In this document: positions 58,766 to 64,000 of the stretch, in pieces
Position numbering within the stretch: position 1 is the first letter of the stretch
How the letters are laid out: each line of letters begins with the position of its first letter
NCBI GenBank assembly: GCA_016933575.1
Contig: JAFGAR010000028.1
Span: 96,001-160,000, forward strand
Direction of reading: 5' to 3'
Source: Candidatus Thorarchaeota archaeon
GTDB taxonomy: Archaea > Asgardarchaeota > Thorarchaeia > Thorarchaeales > Thorarchaeaceae
Length of the DNA: 64,000 nucleotides
Position numbers and translations under genes: made by a program
The notes under the pieces: generated by a model
Told to the model about the DNA's origin: nothing
Databases searched by the model: none
Seen by the model: the letters and a program-made list of their open reading frames with translations, nothing else

Positions 58766-60652
58766 TCATTCTTCATCTAATGACGCAAGCTCACTCTCTA
58801 TTGATTTCACAAAATTGGATATTTTGAAACTCTTGGCTGCTTCAAGAGCTTGTTGAAGTGCAGATCGAATTCTCTGCAATTCTTTTTCCCTATCAGCAGG
58901 ATTTGTGATGTTTGTCAATTCTTCTCGTTTCTTAGGAAGCATACTGAGAAGACCTTCTATTGCATCTTCAGCTTCATCCCGGCTTGTAAATGTGCTCTCT
59001 TGACCAGGATCATATGATGACAATATTCGTTCAATCTGCTCATGGATTTTTTTGTATTCCTGCAAAGCACCCGAGAGAATCCTGTGTACTTCACCCTCAG
59101 TTTCAGCTTCCTCCAAAGCATTAGATATCTTCTCTATGGCTTTTTCTAAGTACTCCTTCCTATCTGAAAGATTACTCCGTTTTCGTTCAAGCCATCTCCA
59201 TTCATTGGAGATATTCCGGATCAAAGCTGATGCATGATTGATAGTTTCGCGGTATTGGTCATATCTGGCCATTGCCTCAGTGAAATCTGACTCAAGCGTG
59301 TCAATAACATGCGAGAGTTGAAAACTGAGCATATCACTTGCTTGAGCCTCAGCTAGAACACGACTCTCCTTAATTGCACGATTAGCGACTGCCCAGAGAC
59401 GTTCAACATCCTCGGGATTCATATCAGTGCGTTTTCTGACCTCCAATTCTTCAGATAATTGTGAGATGTCATGATTAATCGATTGTAGTTCTTGCATCTT
59501 TGCTTTTAGTAATGCTTTGCCCAAGCGCGTGTTCAAATCATTAGTCAGCATTTTACGCTCCTCAGGTACTTCCTGCAAAGCTTGTGTGTTATCAATCAGG
59601 ATCTGAAGGGCTTTTTCGAAATCTCCAACAGCTTCATGGAATAGTCCTTCTTGATATTGCTCATCTCCCTTCCTTTGCAATTCTAAGGCACTCTCAAGAA
59701 CATCATAAGGTGATGTCTTCAACAGACTATCTCTGAGTAACAATGGATAGGTTGAATGAAGGTCTAATGGATGACCAGATGCCATAATACGTAAAATATG
59801 AATACAATCAGCTGTTGCAACATAGATAAGGTCGCCTTCTGCAGTGAGATAATCGATCTTCTGATTGTCCAGAGCGATACTACCTAACTCATCTCCTTTC
59901 TTCAGGTCCCACAAAGTGACATTCCCAGGAGATACTGCTCCAAGGAGATAGTTCTCTGTTGTCCACATTGAAGTCACAACATTGGCATTCTTTACTTCAA
60001 ATGTTCGTACCAATTCCCATGCTGTTCGCTCATATACAGCAATTTCTCCAGAAGGTGTACCGATGAAGACAAACTCGGAGTTGCCACTGACAATACCACC
60101 CTTGCCTTTCTTATCAAGTCTTGCAAGTTCTGAAGGAGCAGCATCAGACTCTTTCAACCATACCTTTGGCTCTTCTTTTTTCGTACTAGTACAAATTATC
60201 TTTTCATCAGACCATATGCTAGTGAGATCAGATTTGTGAAGTTGCCAACTTGAAGTCTCATGGGTGTCTTTCTGAATTGATACAAGACGTCCATCTCGTG
60301 CTCCAACGAAGAAGAAATCGCCTTGAAGTCTAGAAGTGACAGCTTGATAGCTCAATTCGAACCATCCTATCATGCCCCATGTGTCTTTCTTCCAAACATA
60401 TACTCTCTTCTCACATGTAGCATAGACCTGTTCATCATCAACATCAACAGCAAGTAGGTCTGAACCTGTTTCGCCAAGCTCAGCAATAAGTTCCCAATTT
60501 GTTTTTGACCAGACACGAATTCGCTGATCACGACACGCGGCGTATAGAAAGTTCTCATCATAATCGATATCAAAAGCATCAACACTTAGCTCGGATACAG
60601 TCTCATGACTGATGAGATTTAAATCATTCTTCCCCGTCGATGAGTGGTCCAT
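58766..60652 (-). CDS. WD40-like beta-propeller plus MIT/TPR-like helices and coiled coil
   Basis: DQRIRVWSK, RVYVWKK, PKVWLK, NVTLWDLKKG blades in the first ~290 aa; then all-helical region. Confidence 0.8.
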   Translation of the reverse strand: MDHSSTGKNDLNLISHETVSELSVDAFDIDYDENFLYAACRDQRIRVWSKTNWELIAELGETGSDLLAVDVDDEQVYATCEKRVYVWKKDTWGMIGWFELSYQAVTSRLQGDFFFVGARDGRLVSIQKDTHETSSWQLHKSDLTSIWSDEKIICTSTKKEEPKVWLKESDAAPSELARLDKKGKGGIVSGNSEFVFIGTPSGEIAVYERTAWELVRTFEVKNANVVTSMWTTENYLLGAVSPGNVTLWDLKKGDELGSIALDNQKIDYLTAEGDLIYVATADCIHILRIMASGHPLDLHSTYPLLLRDSLLKTSPYDVLESALELQRKGDEQYQEGLFHEAVGDFEKALQILIDNTQALQEVPEERKMLTNDLNTRLGKALLKAKMQELQSINHDISQLSEELEVRKRTDMNPEDVERLWAVANRAIKESRVLAEAQASDMLSFQLSHVIDTLESDFTEAMARYDQYRETINHASALIRNISNEWRWLERKRSNLSDRKEYLEKAIEKISNALEEAETEGEVHRILSGALQEYKKIHEQIERILSSYDPGQESTFTSRDEAEDAIEGLLSMLPKKREELTNITNPADREKELQRIRSALQQALEAAKSFKISNFVKSIESELASLDEE

Positions 60653-60857
60653 AATATTACCACCGATACAATGGCTCTAATAACATGATTTAGGACAACT
60701 TATGGCAGTTTCCTTTTGCACAAAAACACCCTAACGTGCGATTTATCGAACTTAGAACGGGAGAATACATGACACAATCGTTGAAAAGGGAGAAACCACA
60801 CACAGAAAGCACTTAAGACATTTACAGGTGAAAGCCATATTAGATGGAGGTAGGTCT

Positions 60858-63548
60858 ATGGACAGTCACGGATGGAGACGCGAACTGGACAAGTTTGCGG
60901 AATTGAAAGGAATCCTAGTGTCAGTCAATCCGATACTAGAAGAACAGGCTAATCGCCAAGTCCGAAACCTCTATGATATCTTTGCTAGTTTAAGCAAGCT
61001 AGAGAATGATCTCACTAACGCGGGCTTGCTAAAGAAACGAAAAGTTCAGACTGAAGTTGATAAAACTACTAGTGAGCTTGAGGATGCATTCATGAGAGCC
61101 ACTCGTGACTTTGCTGAACTATTCAGGAAAGAGCATAGAGATGTAGTTGCGATTATACCCAAATTACAGGCAATTAAACCTGCAGAATCAAAGTCAATCT
61201 CGACTATTAGTTTTCCCGGGATTGGCGCAGGGGATATGAAAGACTTTGAGAAATTGATGGAATTTGCCAAGTCATATTCAAAGTTGTATCTGATTATTTT
61301 TGAAGATGTATCTCGAGAGGTCAAGTCTGTCTTGGATGAGAACAAGGCTACAGTAGACACCTATGAGAGACATGTCACCATCGACAAGAGTGAGGTATCA
61401 ACAACAGTATCTAATGAGGATGTCGCGGGTCTCACAATGCGAGACTTGATCATTCTGAATGACAAGCTCATGGAAGACCGGAAATACCTCAATAGTCGGA
61501 AAGATGAAGTCAGCAAGATGCTGGGTTCATCTTTGGTTAGTGATACTGAATCACTACAGGCATCCGTTGAAACAGCTGCAAGATTGGGACTGGACCTACC
61601 AATGGAATTCTCCCAGCAACTGCGAATCATAGCTAGAGATGCATCAAAAGCACAAGATCTGACCTCTCTGGTAAGTCTTGAGAACCAGCTCCACACCTCC
61701 AAGATAAAGATGGCAAACATGTTGAGAGATAAAATCATCAACATCAAGCATGAGGTCACTCAGAAGATTGTAGATGGGGGAATACCAACTACCTCAGAAG
61801 TCATTCCAAATCCACCATCTGTATCAGTCGAAGGGGAAGGTATTGCAGGATTATTATCAAGTTATCAGCGGATGGTAGAGTGGGAAGGTCAAGTAAGAAT
61901 CGCACTACGTGAAAGACTCTACGAGTTACTTGATGATGTTGAGAAAGCCTCTGAAGTCCCCGATGACACTGGTATTAAAGATGTCATCACAGTGAGACAA
62001 TACATAGCTGATTCAAAGAAGAGTCTGAAATCAGCAGACATTGATGAAATGGTGAGAATCTACATCAAAGTCAAAGCTATGGATGAAGAATACCGTAAAG
62101 CCATCATCGATAGTATACGAAATTACCTAACACGATTCAATGAATTGGCAACTTCAGCAGACCGCGTGCTAGATCATGCCCAGTTAAGCAAGAAGGCTCC
62201 CAAAGTCGAAGAGATGGAGGGTGGAATAACCTATCTACTTGAGTCACTCTCAACTTTGCGACAAGCTGTAGAGAGTGGAGTAGCAACATTTCGTGAAGCC
62301 TGTCAGCAAGAGATTGATGCTATTGTCCATGACCTTCAAACAGTCAAACCTGCTTATGCTGAAATCTTCATGCCAATTATTGTAGAACTTGATGAAGGAT
62401 CCAACAGAATTCAGGTCATGGATGACTTTACAGAGATCAAATCAGAGATGCGTTCTATCAAAGAAACAATGCTTGCAAAGGCAAAGGATTCTTTGGAGAA
62501 CCTGCGCTACAGATTAGGTGTAAAGATTCGACTCGCTGCTGCGAAGCTCATGGGTGCAGGTGTCGAGATACCTCCCGAAGTACAAGAGGCAATCAGTGAA
62601 TTGAATAGTATCGGTGTGGCTGCAGACAATGTTTTTGCCTTGCCTGCAATCGCAAGAAAGATGATTGAGATATATGAAAAGAAGATCTCGAACAATGTCA
62701 TTGATCAGCTAGAGTCGGAGGTCGATTCACTCATCACCTCCCTTGAGAAGGCAAAAAGCATTGGTGTCAAGGTTGAAAAGGAATTGAAGATGCTCACTTC
62801 TTTGAAGGAGAAACCTCCCACAGAGCTCGAAGAAGCCGCGGATGCCTTTGACAAACTAATGAACCTGACAACATCCCCACAGGTGCACAAGAAGATAAGA
62901 GACCGGGTTGATGAGGCCTATCTCCAGATCAAGAACGCAGTAGGGCTCTTCGAAGAACAGGGGATGTCTGAGTTCGTTGAAAGGTTAAAGATGCTAATTG
63001 ACCAAGTACCAGCTAAGCTGGAAAATGAGTCACCTCATGTTAATGATGCCCTTGATGTTTGCCTGACCCTAGCAAATATCCAGGAAGAGATGCTCAGTGT
63101 GATAAAGAACATCTCAAACATGAGTGGAGAAAGGCACGACCGTGAACTTAGAGAGAAAAGCCAATATTACTCAACAATTGAACGAGTTGTTGAAAACCAT
63201 CAAGACCAATTCAGCAAAATCGTATTCAACATAAACAAGATGAAAGAATTAGAATCAACACTTAATGTTCTATCTAATCTTGATGAAACAATCACATGTT
63301 TCCATGAACTTGAAAATATGAGGAAATCGTGGCTCGAGAAATCAATAGCAATGGATGACTGGCACAAGTCATTAAGAATGTTTATGACTGGTTTCAGTCC
63401 TGCAGCAAAGGCTGATGAACGAGACAAGTTCATTGAAGATGCAATACGAAAAATCAAAGAGACCTATAGTAGAGAAGACATCAGTTCTTATCTCAGCTGG
63501 GCGGTAAGGGAAAGCGCTCAAGCATTGGTCGGCGCAAGAAAAACATAG
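60858..63548 (+). CDS. large all-alpha/coiled-coil protein (~896 aa) of unknown function
   Basis: E/K/L/I-rich with no TM or enzyme motif; ATG 60858 after GGAGG. Confidence 0.85.
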   Translation: MDSHGWRRELDKFAELKGILVSVNPILEEQANRQVRNLYDIFASLSKLENDLTNAGLLKKRKVQTEVDKTTSELEDAFMRATRDFAELFRKEHRDVVAIIPKLQAIKPAESKSISTISFPGIGAGDMKDFEKLMEFAKSYSKLYLIIFEDVSREVKSVLDENKATVDTYERHVTIDKSEVSTTVSNEDVAGLTMRDLIILNDKLMEDRKYLNSRKDEVSKMLGSSLVSDTESLQASVETAARLGLDLPMEFSQQLRIIARDASKAQDLTSLVSLENQLHTSKIKMANMLRDKIINIKHEVTQKIVDGGIPTTSEVIPNPPSVSVEGEGIAGLLSSYQRMVEWEGQVRIALRERLYELLDDVEKASEVPDDTGIKDVITVRQYIADSKKSLKSADIDEMVRIYIKVKAMDEEYRKAIIDSIRNYLTRFNELATSADRVLDHAQLSKKAPKVEEMEGGITYLLESLSTLRQAVESGVATFREACQQEIDAIVHDLQTVKPAYAEIFMPIIVELDEGSNRIQVMDDFTEIKSEMRSIKETMLAKAKDSLENLRYRLGVKIRLAAAKLMGAGVEIPPEVQEAISELNSIGVAADNVFALPAIARKMIEIYEKKISNNVIDQLESEVDSLITSLEKAKSIGVKVEKELKMLTSLKEKPPTELEEAADAFDKLMNLTTSPQVHKKIRDRVDEAYLQIKNAVGLFEEQGMSEFVERLKMLIDQVPAKLENESPHVNDALDVCLTLANIQEEMLSVIKNISNMSGERHDRELREKSQYYSTIERVVENHQDQFSKIVFNINKMKELESTLNVLSNLDETITCFHELENMRKSWLEKSIAMDDWHKSLRMFMTGFSPAAKADERDKFIEDAIRKIKETYSREDISSYLSWAVRESAQALVGARKT

Positions 63549-63560
63549 GAGTAGCAGTCA

Positions 63561-64000
63561 ATGTTTGGAACCAATCCTGGTGTAGATAGTGATGACACAA
63601 CCAAAGCAGCTGAAGTTTTTGCAATCGGAATAGGAGAATGTGGGTCTAATATTGTAGGTTCATACCTCCAGACTAGCCGCGATAATAAACTGCCATCACG
63701 TGTTCGAGGATACCTCCTCATCAATACAGATAGAGCAGACCTCACCAAGGTCAGGCAAAAATACAAGATACCCAAGGAAAACACCCTCTTGTATGGCGCG
63801 TCTGAGATAGGTGTCGGTGGTCGTTTCATGGATGGGTATAATGCAATCATGGAATCCAAGGACATCATCTTCGACCAGTTGAGTAATCTAGGATTTGAGG
63901 GTGTATCGGGATTCTGTATCTTTACATCCTTGGGTGGTGGTACCGGATGCGGCGGAGCTCCTGCTTTAATTGAGCTTCTAAAACAGAGATTCCAAGAAGA
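63561..64000 (+). CDS. tubulin/FtsZ/CetZ-superfamily GTPase, N-terminal part (truncated by window end; not in ORF track)
   Basis: My translation: AIGIGECGSNIV (T1), LLINTDRADL (T2), GVGG (T3), SLGGGTGCGGAP (T4 signature at 63933-63953); frame open to the end. Confidence 0.93.
   Translation, partial: MFGTNPGVDSDDTTKAAEVFAIGIGECGSNIVGSYLQTSRDNKLPSRVRGYLLINTDRADLTKVRQKYKIPKENTLLYGASEIGVGGRFMDGYNAIMESKDIIFDQLSNLGFEGVSGFCIFTSLGGGTGCGGAPALIELLKQRFQE

Noticed and set aside
60858-63548. SMC/Rad50 or dynamin assignment for the large helical protein
   Set aside because: No Walker A/B, signature or GTPase motifs visible
63518-63868. 116-aa minus-strand ORF in the track
   Set aside because: Antisense shadow of the tubulin/FtsZ-like gene
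1-64000. tRNA, rRNA, IS elements, integrases, prophage genes
   Set aside because: None recognised; intergenic gaps are short and lack cloverleaf or terminal-repeat patterns by eye (tRNAscan-SE/ISEScan would confirm)

Overview
Gene-dense archaeal chromosomal window (TBP, tungsten-type AOR, geranylgeranyl reductase, AsnRS). A Rab-like GTPase, a beta-propeller/helical protein, many TPR, Ig-like and beta-helix proteins and very large FtsX-type permeases suggest an Asgard archaeon, possibly Thorarchaeia (inference). No rRNA, tRNA, CRISPR array or mobile element was recognised. Main points: (1) A tubulin/FtsZ/CetZ-superfamily gene missing from the ORF track starts at 63561 and runs off the window. 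It lies 12 nt downstream of a ~900-aa helical/coiled-coil gene, which is divergent from a WD40 + MIT/TPR-like + coiled-coil gene, giving a candidate cytoskeletal or membrane-remodelling locus. (2) A 16-kb type VII (MacB/FtsX/LolCDE-like) ABC locus has five ~910-950 aa permeases of two paralogue classes and two ATPases, one with an AbrB/MraZ-like tail. (3) A Cys-rich PadR regulator is divergent from arsM, with three near-palindromic boxes around the TATA element. (4) A structured ~160-nt leader precedes a secreted double molybdopterin-oxidoreductase-fold protein. (5) Smaller items: a degenerate Rab-like GTPase, an unannotated 49-aa ORF upstream of AOR, and a nonsense-interrupted repeat-protein pseudogene. 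All family calls come from motif recognition by eye, not from database searches.
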